A DNA stretch of 64,000 nt from Vicinamibacterales bacterium (GTDB lineage Bacteria > Acidobacteriota > Vicinamibacteria > Vicinamibacterales > UBA8438). Made by a program: the position numbers and the translations under genes. The stretch spans positions 1,308,951 through 1,372,950 of the forward strand of contig OZ244838.1 in NCBI GenBank assembly GCA_965220695.1, given 5' to 3'. Each line of letters begins with the position of its first letter. Position 1 is the first letter of the stretch. The notes under the pieces are model-generated. The model worked only from the letters and a program-made list of their open reading frames with translations. It was not told where the DNA came from and searched no databases. Of the stretch, positions 18,022-26,007 are shown in pieces.

Positions 18022-19779
18022 TCAGGCAGTGAAGTACGCGACGGCGGTCCAGCAGACGGCGGCCAGGGCGGCGGCCACCGACGCCTGGGGGATCTGCGTC
18101 TTGACGTGGTCCATCAGGTCGCAGCCGGTGCAGACCGAGGTGAGCACGGTCGTGTCCGAGATCGGCGAGCACTGGTCGCCGAAGACGCTGCCGTCCATGA
18201 CGGCGGCGAAGCAGAGCGTCATGAACAGCTCGGGATGCGACAGGCCCTGAGAGCCTGCGACCGCCCAAGCCAGCGGCATCGCCAGCGGGAACGCGACGGC
18301 GTACGTGCCCCAGCTCGTGCCGGTGGAGAAGGCGATGACCATCGTCATCGCCTGCAGCAGCACCGGCAGGAGGAAATAGGGGACGCTGTCGCCGAGCTGG
18401 TCGACCAGGAAGACGCCGCCGCCGGTTTCGCTGCTGACGTTGCCGATGGTGATGGCGAGCAGCAGGATGACCGAGCCCAGCACGACGCCCTTGATGCCGT
18501 CGTGAAATCCCGCAATGATGTCCTTCAGCGCCATCCCCTTGGCCAGCGCGATGCCGGCGGCCAGCAGCAGCGCGGCGCCGAACGCCCACTGCACCTCGGG
18601 CTCCCCGTAGGCGTTGTACGTTCCGATCGCGATGCCGATGAGTGCGGCGAGCGGCAGGAAGAACTCGATGACGTGCGGCGTGTAGCCCGCCGGCACATTG
18701 CTGGCCTGCAGCTCCTTGGAGCTCAGCGGGTCGGCGCCGTCCGCATCGAGCTGACCCGTGGTGCGCGCGCGTTCGATGGCCGCCCCGAGCCGTTTGCCGA
18801 GGAACAGCGGCTTCTCGACGCTCAGCAGGAACGTCCCCGTGACGGCGAAGATCGCGTAGAAACAGAAGGGCACGCTCCTGAAGAAGAACGCGATGCGGTC
18901 GGCTTCAGTGGCCAGAAAGCTGACACCGGAGACGAAGATGAACGCCTGCACGAAGCCCGGCCAAGCGTTGAATGCGAGCTGGGACGCGATCGGCGAGGCG
19001 GTCGAATCGACGATGTAGGCGAGCTCCTCGTGGCTGATGCGCTCCTTGTCGGCGATCGGCTTGACGGTAGTGCCGACCACCACCGTGCTGACCGTGCCGC
19101 CCTGAAAGAAGACGATGCCGAGCATCCAGGCCACCAGCTTGGCGGTGCGCGGGCCGCGCACGAACCGTACGGTCATGAACTCGGCGAACGCCTGCGCGGC
19201 GCCGGTGCGCGACCAGAGACCCATGAGCCCGCCGAGCAGCCACAGGTAGAGCAGCAGTATGCCCGCCGCGTTCGTCGTGGCCAGCGACGGAATCATCACG
19301 TCGCCGGTCAGATCGTATTTCTTCAGCAAGAGTGCGCCGGAGACGATGCCGGCGGCGAGGGCGGTCACCGGCTCCTTGGTGAGCCAGCAGAGGATGACCG
19401 CCACCGCGGCCGGCAGCAGCGACCACCAGCCCCAGTGGGACCGTGCCCGGCGCTGGTAGTAGACCGTCTGCGTCTGTCCGTCCACCACTTCGATCGATGC
19501 GACGAACTCCTCGGTCACCGGCGGCGCCTCGCGCGAGCCGCGTATCGCGGCGGGGTCGAGCTGGCCCTGCTCGATGGGCAGCGCGTCGAAGTAGGCGGGC
19601 TCTCCCTCGGCCATGTAATACAGCCGCCCGTCGCCGTCCGTCTGGGCGTCCAGCGTCACCTGGTCGACGATCCAGGTCGGCGGCACGGTCACGCCGACGA
19701 TGCCCGAGACGACCAGCGCGAGCGTGAAGACTGCGAACTTCTGGATTCCTGCGGTCATGATTCCCCTGGATACAGCCAT
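18022..19779 (-). CDS. NhaC-family Na+/H+ antiporter-like membrane transporter
   Basis: Multi-pass membrane protein. 'WWSLLPAAVAVILCWLTKEPVTALAAGIVSGALLL' and later helices resemble the Na_H_antiporter (NhaC) family. The track ORF is over-extended; likely starts are ATG 19779 or 19758. Confidence 0.6.
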   Translation of the reverse strand: MAVSRGIMTAGIQKFAVFTLALVVSGIVGVTVPPTWIVDQVTLDAQTDGDGRLYYMAEGEPAYFDALPIEQGQLDPAAIRGSREAPPVTEEFVASIEVVDGQTQTVYYQRRARSHWGWWSLLPAAVAVILCWLTKEPVTALAAGIVSGALLLKKYDLTGDVMIPSLATTNAAGILLLYLWLLGGLMGLWSRTGAAQAFAEFMTVRFVRGPRTAKLVAWMLGIVFFQGGTVSTVVVGTTVKPIADKERISHEELAYIVDSTASPIASQLAFNAWPGFVQAFIFVSGVSFLATEADRIAFFFRSVPFCFYAIFAVTGTFLLSVEKPLFLGKRLGAAIERARTTGQLDADGADPLSSKELQASNVPAGYTPHVIEFFLPLAALIGIAIGTYNAYGEPEVQWAFGAALLLAAGIALAKGMALKDIIAGFHDGIKGVVLGSVILLLAITIGNVSSETGGGVFLVDQLGDSVPYFLLPVLLQAMTMVIAFSTGTSWGTYAVAFPLAMPLAWAVAGSQGLSHPELFMTLCFAAVMDGSVFGDQCSPISDTTVLTSVCTGCDLMDHVKTQIPQASVAAALAAVCWTAVAYFTA

Positions 19780-20075
19780 CAACGGACGTGTTAACGCTGG
19801 AGACGCCGTCGAGTCCGATGCACGCGGTCCGCTGGACCCAGCTCGGTCATTGTACGTTCCCGGCGAGATCGGTGGCGAAGAGATCAGTCCACATTCGCGA
19901 CCGGGTTCACGTCGCTGCGCTGCTGTCCGGCGCGGCGCCGGCGCTCGCGCCGATGGGGATGATTCAGATCGGGCTGCTCGGGTTGGCGCATCCGTATCGG
20001 CATCCGTTCCTGGATCGCGTGTCGCCGCGAGCCGGCGCGCCGAAATCCACCGTCGGGTAACATGAGGAGTCGAGC

Positions 20076-20537
20076 ATGAACATGCGTCTGAAGAGGGGGA
20101 GCGTGACACTGGTGGCGGTCTGGATCGGACTGTCGTCGTCCGGCGCCGGCCAGGTGGGCCGGAACATGGACGTGCTGAACCCGAACGTGGACGGCGAAGC
20201 CGAGATCGCGGCGCTGCCGGGTGTGACGCCGGCCCTCGCGTCGCAGATCGTCGAGAATCGCCCGTTCCTGACGATGGCGGCGTTCGACGAGCTGGTCGCC
20301 GCGGTGCTGGGGGACGCTGCGCGCGAGGCGCTGTACGCGCGGCTGTTCGTGCCGATCAACCTCAACGCCACCAGTGCGGCGGAGATCCTGCTCGTGCCGG
20401 GCGTGGGCGACCGGATGGCCCACGAGTTCGAGGAGTATCGTCCGTACCGGGCGCTGGCGGAGTTCAGGCGCGAGATCGGCAAGTACGTGGACGACGACGA
20501 GGTCGCGCGCTTCGAACGGAACATGGTTGTGGATTGA
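20076..20537 (+). CDS. Secreted tandem helix-hairpin-helix (ComEA-like) protein
   Basis: GAGGAG precedes ATG 20076. It has a signal peptide and two 'LN.A..AEI..LPGV(T/G)' HhH motifs. Confidence 0.6.
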   Translation: MNMRLKRGSVTLVAVWIGLSSSGAGQVGRNMDVLNPNVDGEAEIAALPGVTPALASQIVENRPFLTMAAFDELVAAVLGDAAREALYARLFVPINLNATSAAEILLVPGVGDRMAHEFEEYRPYRALAEFRREIGKYVDDDEVARFERNMVVD

Positions 20538-20845
20538 TGACGGCCATCGAGCGCATGAAGGCGCGCTGGGGCGTCGGACCTGCGGGCGTGGTCGCCATTC
20601 TCGTGGCGTTCGCGCTGGCCGGTCTGACGACCGTCAGACTGAAAGGCCCGATCATGGGCCTCCTGCTCCCGGAGACTGCGCCTGGATGGCTGAACTGGAC
20701 GGTTTATCTGATCATCATGCTGCCCGTCTACCAGGTGCTGCTGCTCGGGTACGGCGCTCTCCTCGGACAGTTCCACTTCTTCTGGAACAAGCTGAAGCTG
20801 GTCGGCCGCCTGCTGACCGGCCGCCCGGCCGGCGCGTCGGGCTGA
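20537..20845 (+). CDS. Small two-helix membrane protein
   Basis: ATG 20537 overlaps the upstream stop (TGATG). Two hydrophobic helices are present. Family uncertain. Confidence 0.5.
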   Translation: MTAIERMKARWGVGPAGVVAILVAFALAGLTTVRLKGPIMGLLLPETAPGWLNWTVYLIIMLPVYQVLLLGYGALLGQFHFFWNKLKLVGRLLTGRPAGASG

Positions 20846-20905
20846 CCGATCGTCGGGCACGCGCCAGGGAGCGGGTCATGTACGGCCCAGGGGCGGCGGA
20901 TACCG

Positions 20906-21865
20906 GTGCGTCGCGGAACGGCGAGGCCGAGCGTGTTTGATCGACGTCACGACGCACGAGTCAGAAACGCCGCCTTCCAGTGGCTCTCCGCGCTGGTCGC
21001 CAGTCATGGGGACGTCCTGCCGCGAACGCTCCTCGCCGAGGGGTTCACGCTGGACCGGATCCGCGTGCCGCTTGTCGGACCTCAGGGCATATTCAAGCCG
21101 CGCGTGCTGTCACGCGCGCCGCTGTCAATCACTACCGCGCCCGGAGTCAAATATGACGATGGCTTCGACGCGGATGGCCTCCTGCGTTACCGGTATCGGG
21201 GCGAGAATCCGAATCATCCCGACAACCGGGGCCTGCGATTCGCGCTCGCTGAGCGTCTGCCGCTGGTCTATGTCTACCGGCTGGTTCCCGGGAAATACGT
21301 GGCCGCATGGCCGGTGTTCATCGTCGGCGACGACCCCGGAGGTCTCGCCTTCACTGTGGTCGTCGACGATGCGGCGCACATCCGGCGACCGGCGGCCGGG
21401 ACCGCGGTGCATGACGACGCAGATATCGGGCGCCGGCGGTACATCACCGGCGCTTTCCGGCAGCGTCTCCACCAGCGGGCGTTCCGGGAGCGCGTACTGG
21501 ATGCGTACCAGCATCAATGCGCGTTCTGCCGGTTCAGACACCAGGAGCTGCTCGACGCGGCGCACATCGTGCCCGACACCGAGCCTCAAGGTACGCCGGT
21601 GGTAGAGAACGGCCTGTCGCTCTGCAAGCTGCACCATGCCGCGTTCGATCGCTACTTTCTCGGAGTCCGGCCGGACTACGTGGTCCAGGTCCGTGCCGAC
21701 GTCCTGGAAGAGAAAGATGGACCCACGCTCGTGCACGGCATCCAGGCGCTGCACGGCGTGAAGATCGCCGTGCCGCGGCGACCGGCTCTCCGACCCCGCC
21801 CGGAGCGGCTGGCATTCCGCTATCAACGTTTCCTGGAACAGGATCTTCGATCGGACCACATCTGA
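20906..21865 (+). CDS. HNH endonuclease with SRA/YDG-like N-terminal domain (candidate modification-dependent Type IV restriction enzyme)
   Basis: The C-terminal 'CAFCRFRHQELLDAAHIVPD..NGLSLCKLHHAAFDRYFLGV' is an HNH_2-type motif. The N-terminal 'GIFKP..PLSITTAPGVKYDDGFDADGLLRYRYRGENPNHPDNRGLRFA..PLVYVY' follows the SRA-like pattern of COG3440 proteins. Confidence 0.6.
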   Translation: MRRGTARPSVFDRRHDARVRNAAFQWLSALVASHGDVLPRTLLAEGFTLDRIRVPLVGPQGIFKPRVLSRAPLSITTAPGVKYDDGFDADGLLRYRYRGENPNHPDNRGLRFALAERLPLVYVYRLVPGKYVAAWPVFIVGDDPGGLAFTVVVDDAAHIRRPAAGTAVHDDADIGRRRYITGAFRQRLHQRAFRERVLDAYQHQCAFCRFRHQELLDAAHIVPDTEPQGTPVVENGLSLCKLHHAAFDRYFLGVRPDYVVQVRADVLEEKDGPTLVHGIQALHGVKIAVPRRPALRPRPERLAFRYQRFLEQDLRSDHI

Positions 21866-22132
21866 CACCGGTCCACCGAAGGACATCCTCCCACCGAACG
21901 ACACGGTTCTGGACCGCACGAGATGGGCACGTTGACTCCGGTCGGCAGCCTGGCAGAATTCAGAGCGATTGAACAATCACGGGGCGTGCACCCAATCGTC
22001 GCCGTGCCCGCTCACCCCGCTGCGCCGGTCCTGACGTACAGCGCGAAGGAGAAGTTCGGCGCCGGTTCCGGCATATCGCGTCCGTCCTGCAGATAGCGGT
22101 GCGCCTGGGCCTCCGGCGGGAGGGTTTCCAGC

Positions 22133-22172
22133 TCCGGTTCGCCGGTGCTGCGCCGGCTCGACGCAGCGTCAT
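22133..22172. repeat. 40-bp direct repeat, left copy (partner at 32316..32355)
   Basis: TCCGGTTCGCCGGTGCTGCGCCGGCTCGACGCAGCGTCAT matches the partner at 37/40 positions in the same orientation. Confidence 0.8.
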
Positions 22173-22204
22173 TGGCCCAGCGTCATGCAGACGCCGCGGA
22201 CTGC

Positions 22205-22459
22205 CTAGTCCGCTCGGTCCAGCCACGCCCGCATCAGGTTCTTGATTTGCGTCTGGTACCGGATGTTCAATCGCGCCGCCTTCGCCTTGAACGCTGTCAG
22301 GAGGTCGTCCGGGACTCTGAGGCTGATGGGACGGGCGGGGCCGGGCCGCCCGCCGCCGTGCAGCAGCCGGAAATCCTCCAGGAAGCGCGCGATTTCCTCG
22401 TGGGTCATCTCGCGGCAGCGGGCGAGGTGCGCGTCCGGGAACCGCTGTACAGGTCTCAT
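22205..22459 (-). CDS. BrnA-like ribbon-helix-helix antitoxin
   Basis: ATG 22459 overlaps the stop of the NTase gene (ATGA). 'ISLRVPDDLLTAFKAKAARLNIRYQTQIKNLMRAWL' matches the BrnA/CopG-type C-terminal RHH. Confidence 0.65.
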   Translation of the reverse strand: MRPVQRFPDAHLARCREMTHEEIARFLEDFRLLHGGGRPGPARPISLRVPDDLLTAFKAKAARLNIRYQTQIKNLMRAWLDRAD

Positions 22460-22920
22460 CGGAGCTTCTCCAGCGCCGCGGCGTCCTCCGTGTCCTGCGG
22501 GCGTCCACTGCGCCGCTTCATCTCGATCAGGTCGTCGATGGAAAGCACCGGAACGACGCATTCAGCCAATACCATGCGCGTGGTCCGCTTGTTCGTGAGA
22601 TCGTAGGTGATGACGATGTCCACCTGCTCTGACGCATCGTCCGGGTTGTAGAAGTTCCAGGCGACGAGGTTGCGCCGGTCGATGTACTCGTCACGAAAGG
22701 CGAACACATCGTCAGCCGAGATCGGCAGCCTGGAGACGAGGCCCAGTCCCGTCAGGGCGCGTTCCGCCGACACGAGCGCGGCGCGGCTCCAGTCGAGCGC
22801 GATATCGATGTCCATCGTCCCGCGCACGGCGCCGTGCAACGCGACCGCATAGCCGCCGACGACGGCGTACCGCACGTCCGCGTCGTTCAGCGCGGTGCAT
22901 ACCCGCACCAGTACCGTCAT
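22456..22920 (-). CDS. Minimal nucleotidyltransferase-fold protein
   Basis: 154 aa. 'VRYAVVGGYAVALHGAVRGTMDIDIAL' carries the GG..(n)..DxD NTase signature. It is translationally coupled to the BrnA-like gene. Confidence 0.6.
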   Translation of the reverse strand: MTVLVRVCTALNDADVRYAVVGGYAVALHGAVRGTMDIDIALDWSRAALVSAERALTGLGLVSRLPISADDVFAFRDEYIDRRNLVAWNFYNPDDASEQVDIVITYDLTNKRTTRMVLAECVVPVLSIDDLIEMKRRSGRPQDTEDAAALEKLR

Positions 22921-22926
22921 CGATGC

Positions 22927-22944
22927 AGTATATACGGTATATAC
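22927..22944 (-). promoter_or_regulatory. AT-rich promoter/operator: two tandem 8-bp palindromes GTATATAC
   Basis: 'GTATATACgGTATATAC' sits at 22928-22944, directly upstream of the NTase ATG (22920). On the coding strand a TATACT hexamer ends 6 nt before the ATG. Confidence 0.35.
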
Positions 22945-23061
22945 AATAGCAGGATCGCCGACGGTAATCGACGCGACGAGGAAGAGGGCAACCCAGCAGT
23001 CGGCGCACGGTCGCTTGATGGGCGTGCGGCACTCGGCCAGCGAATCAGAGTGGAGAAAGGG

Positions 23062-23130
23062 GATACCCGGGCGCAGTCATTACTCGGGCTCAGGTACGAA
23101 CGCGGGGAGGGTGTGTCGCAGGATCTCGTC
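23062..23130 (+). pseudogene. Sel1-repeat gene fragment
   Basis: Translates to 'DTRAQSLLGLRYERGEGVSQDLV', a single Sel1 consensus unit with no start or continuation. Confidence 0.4.
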
Positions 23131-23165
23131 CTGGATGGATTGTCGGTGTTCAGGGCGCAATCACA

Positions 23166-23312
23166 CTGGATCACCAGGAGCTGATCGAGACTATCAACGA
23201 CTACGTGACCCACCACAACGCGGACCCGAAGCCGGTCGTGTGGAGCACCACCGCCGACACCATCCTCGACAAGGTCAGGAAGTGTAGAGTCATTCTTTGG
23301 ATACACCGATAG
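23166..23312 (+). pseudogene. IS630-family transposase C-terminal fragment
   Basis: Translates to 'HQELIETINDYVTHHNADPKPVVWSTTADTILDKVRKC', the characteristic IS630 transposase tail. There is no upstream DDE domain. Confidence 0.6.
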
Positions 23313-23322
23313 GAGGGAATCG

Positions 23323-23643
23323 ATGGAGTTTCAAGGGTGGGTGCTGTTGGCGGTTTTCGTTATCAGTCTGGTGGCGCTGCTTGGGTTTTTCTGCACAAAG
23401 ACCCCAGGATTCAAACGTTTCTCGACAAGCACCCTGCTCTTGTTGCTCGTCGTTGGATTGAGCGCCGTCTTTTTTGCCGCAAGCATGCTGTCGGCGCAAA
23501 TCCTGGCGAACATCTTCTTCGCCGTGATCGGATTTGCGGGCGGGCTCTTTGCAGGAAGGGACCCAAGTGCTCATCCCCCAGGATCCAAGAACAAGAAGTC
23601 GGACCCACAGCCTCAACAAATCGCACCGCAGAGTCAAGACTAG
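23323..23643 (+). CDS. Small three-helix membrane protein (lower-GC ORF)
   Basis: AGGAGGG lies 5 nt upstream of ATG 23323. It has three hydrophobic helices and a polar Pro/Gln/Lys tail. GC is visibly lower than the surroundings. Confidence 0.45.
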   Translation: MEFQGWVLLAVFVISLVALLGFFCTKTPGFKRFSTSTLLLLLVVGLSAVFFAASMLSAQILANIFFAVIGFAGGLFAGRDPSAHPPGSKNKKSDPQPQQIAPQSQD

Positions 23644-23659
23644 ACCGCGCCCTGTTGCG

Positions 23660-23811
23660 GGAGGTCGTCCGGGACTCTGCCGTTGATGGCACGCGCTGGC
23701 CCGGGCCGCGCGCCGCCGTGCAGGAGCCGGAGATTCTCCGTGACGCGAGCGATTTCCTTGAGGGAAATTTTGCGGCAGCGGATGAGGTGCGGGTCCGAAA
23801 ACCGCTGCAGT
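23660..23811 (-). pseudogene. Second, truncated copy of the BrnA-like gene (5' half only, no start codon)
   Basis: Aligns to 22299..22450. It translates to 'LQRFSDPHLIRCRKISLKEIARVTENLRLLHGGARPGPARAINGRVPDDL', then diverges and stops. The RHH part is absent. Confidence 0.6.
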
Positions 23812-24026
23812 CGACCGAATGGTGAAGAGGGCTACCCAGCAGCGGGCGCACGGCCGCTCGATGGGCGTGCGTCACGCGGCCAGCGAATCAGAGTGATGGT
23901 AGTATCGGATAAACTCGTTTCCGGCGGTTTCTTCGGTTCGCCGGGATGTTCTCCACCGAGGGTTGGCACGCCGTGTGCCGCCGTCCGTGACGCCAGCGAG
24001 ATCCTGCTGAGAAAACGGCGACTGGG

Positions 24027-25646
24027 ATGATGCCCATACCACGAATGCATTCCGCGAACCGGTCAATCCTGCTCGGTGTTGTCGTTCTGGCGCTGACCGC
24101 GCTCTTCAGCGCGCCACCTGCCGGGGCGCAGACGGCGGACGAGGAATTGCGGGATCTCCGTGTCAAAGCGGAGCAGGGCGATGCTGCTGCGCAGTTCATC
24201 CTCGGGTTGACGTACCAAGTGGGGCTGGGCGTTCCGCAGGACGATGTTGAGGCGGTGCGCTGGTTTCGTCTGGCCGCCGAGCAGGGTCATGCTGCTGCGC
24301 AGTTCAAACTCGGACTTATGTACGGGGAGGGGCTGGGCGTTTCGCAGGACGACGTTGCGGCGGTGCGCTGGTTCAGGCTGGCGGCCGAGCAGGGTCATGC
24401 CCGAGCGCAATTCAATCTCGGGGTCCGTAAAAGTTTCGGTATGGGCATTCCGCAGAACGACGTCGAAGCGGTGCGCTGGTATCGTCTGGCGGCCGAGCAG
24501 GGTCATGCCAGTGCGCAGTTCAACCTCGGGGTCATGTACGCCAACGGGGAGGGTGTCCCGCAGGACGACGGTGCGGCGGTGCGCTGGTATCGTCTGGCGG
24601 CCGAGCAGGGTGATGCCGCAGCGCAGCTCAATCTTGGGGCGCAGTACGGCAGGGGTCAGGGGGTACCGCAGGATTACACCGAGGCCCTGCGCTGGTACCG
24701 GCTGGCGGCCATGCAAGGCAGTGTAACCGCCCAGAGTAATCTTGGATTGTATTACGCAAACGGCACGGGCGTTCTACAGGATGACGTAGTGGCGCACATG
24801 TGGCTCAACTTGGCCGCCTCCCGGTCAACCGGTGAGGATCGCGAAGAGCGTATGAACTGGCGCGATGAAGTGGCCGAACGGATGACGCGTGCGGATCTCA
24901 GCGAGGCGCAGCGATTAGCGCGGGAATGGCAACCCGATCAATCCGCGGCTCCTGCGGCGCGGGCAGCGAACCCGGCTGGTCGCCTGCCCGGCGACGGGCG
25001 CCCTTCGGACCGTGGCCCGGCCGACAGAGTGTCGACCGGATCCGGTTTTTTTGTCAGCGAGCTGGGTCATGTTCTTACAAATGCGCACGTGGTGCGCGAC
25101 TGCACCGAGGTGCGCATCCCTCCCGGTGACCCCGTCCTAGTCGCCGCGCGCGACGATTCCAGCGATTTGGCGCTGCTCCAAGGGCGATCGGACCGAAGTG
25201 GCGCGGTTGCGGCGTTCCGCGAGGGAAGAGGTATTCGGCCCGGCGCGGATGTGGTCGTGATCGGCTACCCGTTGCGCGGCGTCGTCTCTTCCGAACCGTC
25301 CGTGACGTTGGGCAACGTCAGCGCGCTGGCCGGTCCCGGTGACGACCGGCGCCTGTTCCAGATGACTGCGCCCGTACAACCGGGAAACAGCGGAGGGCCC
25401 GTACTGGACGGGGCCGGCCGCGTCGTCGGCGTGACTGTGTCCAAGCTCGACGCCCTGGAGATCCTCCGAGTCACCGGCGACATTCCGCAGAACGTCAACT
25501 TCGCTGTCAGTGCCGGAACCGCGCGTGCCTTTCTCGACGCCGAAGGCGTGCCCTACGAGACGGCGCCGTCCGACAACCTGCTGGCGGCGGACGTCGTCGC
25601 CGCATCGGCACGGAGCTTCACCGTGCTCGTTGAGTGCCGGAAGTGA
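24027..25646 (+). CDS. Secreted Sel1-repeat / trypsin-like (S1) serine protease fusion
   Basis: It has a signal peptide, six Sel1 units ('AEQG.A.AQF.LG..Y..G.GV.QD...AVRW(F/Y)RLA') and a C-terminal 'GSGFFVS..GHVLTNAHVV....QPGNSGGPVLD' chymotrypsin-fold protease. Confidence 0.8.
   Translation: MMPIPRMHSANRSILLGVVVLALTALFSAPPAGAQTADEELRDLRVKAEQGDAAAQFILGLTYQVGLGVPQDDVEAVRWFRLAAEQGHAAAQFKLGLMYGEGLGVSQDDVAAVRWFRLAAEQGHARAQFNLGVRKSFGMGIPQNDVEAVRWYRLAAEQGHASAQFNLGVMYANGEGVPQDDGAAVRWYRLAAEQGDAAAQLNLGAQYGRGQGVPQDYTEALRWYRLAAMQGSVTAQSNLGLYYANGTGVLQDDVVAHMWLNLAASRSTGEDREERMNWRDEVAERMTRADLSEAQRLAREWQPDQSAAPAARAANPAGRLPGDGRPSDRGPADRVSTGSGFFVSELGHVLTNAHVVRDCTEVRIPPGDPVLVAARDDSSDLALLQGRSDRSGAVAAFREGRGIRPGADVVVIGYPLRGVVSSEPSVTLGNVSALAGPGDDRRLFQMTAPVQPGNSGGPVLDGAGRVVGVTVSKLDALEILRVTGDIPQNVNFAVSAGTARAFLDAEGVPYETAPSDNLLAADVVAASARSFTVLVECRK
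24168..24815 (+). repeat. Six tandem 108-bp coding repeats (Sel1 units)
   Basis: A 36-codon periodicity is visible at DNA level, e.g. GCGGTGCGCTGGT(T/A)TCGTCTGGCGGCCGAGCAGGGT recurring. Confidence 0.8.
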
Positions 25647-26007
25647 TCCCCGAGCCGCCCCTGGCTGCAATATCCGAGAACTCGTATCACGAGAGGAACC
25701 ATGGCGGACCGGTCGCGCCGCGTGCGGGCGCGGCGTGACCGTGATGGAAACCGCCGTACGCAGGACGCGCCGCGATCAGCCGCGGAGCGGATGTCGATTT
25801 GTGCAGCCGCACGCATTTTTTCCTTGACAGCGATCTGACGGCCGACGTGCTCGCGGTCGGGGATGCCGGCTACAGGGGCGCTCAGACCGGCAGAGCGGCG
25901 CGCTGCGGCCCGCGGCCGGACCGGGCGATCGAAACCGACCCTTGCCCCGGGAACGACCCGCAGAGACGCGCTCAACCCGTTGTAAAACAGGGGCTTACAA
26001 TGGATCC

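Noticed and set aside
21960-22172. ORF starting with the repeated MTLRRAGAAPANR sequence downstream of the BrnA-like gene
   Set aside because: After the shared 13 codons the product is Arg-rich nonsense in every frame. It is interpreted as a duplicated gene start within the 40-bp repeat, not a functional gene.
24168-24815. Regular 108-bp periodic repeats that could be mistaken for a CRISPR-like array
   Set aside because: The repeats are contiguous with no unique spacers. They translate in frame into Sel1 units within a single ORF.
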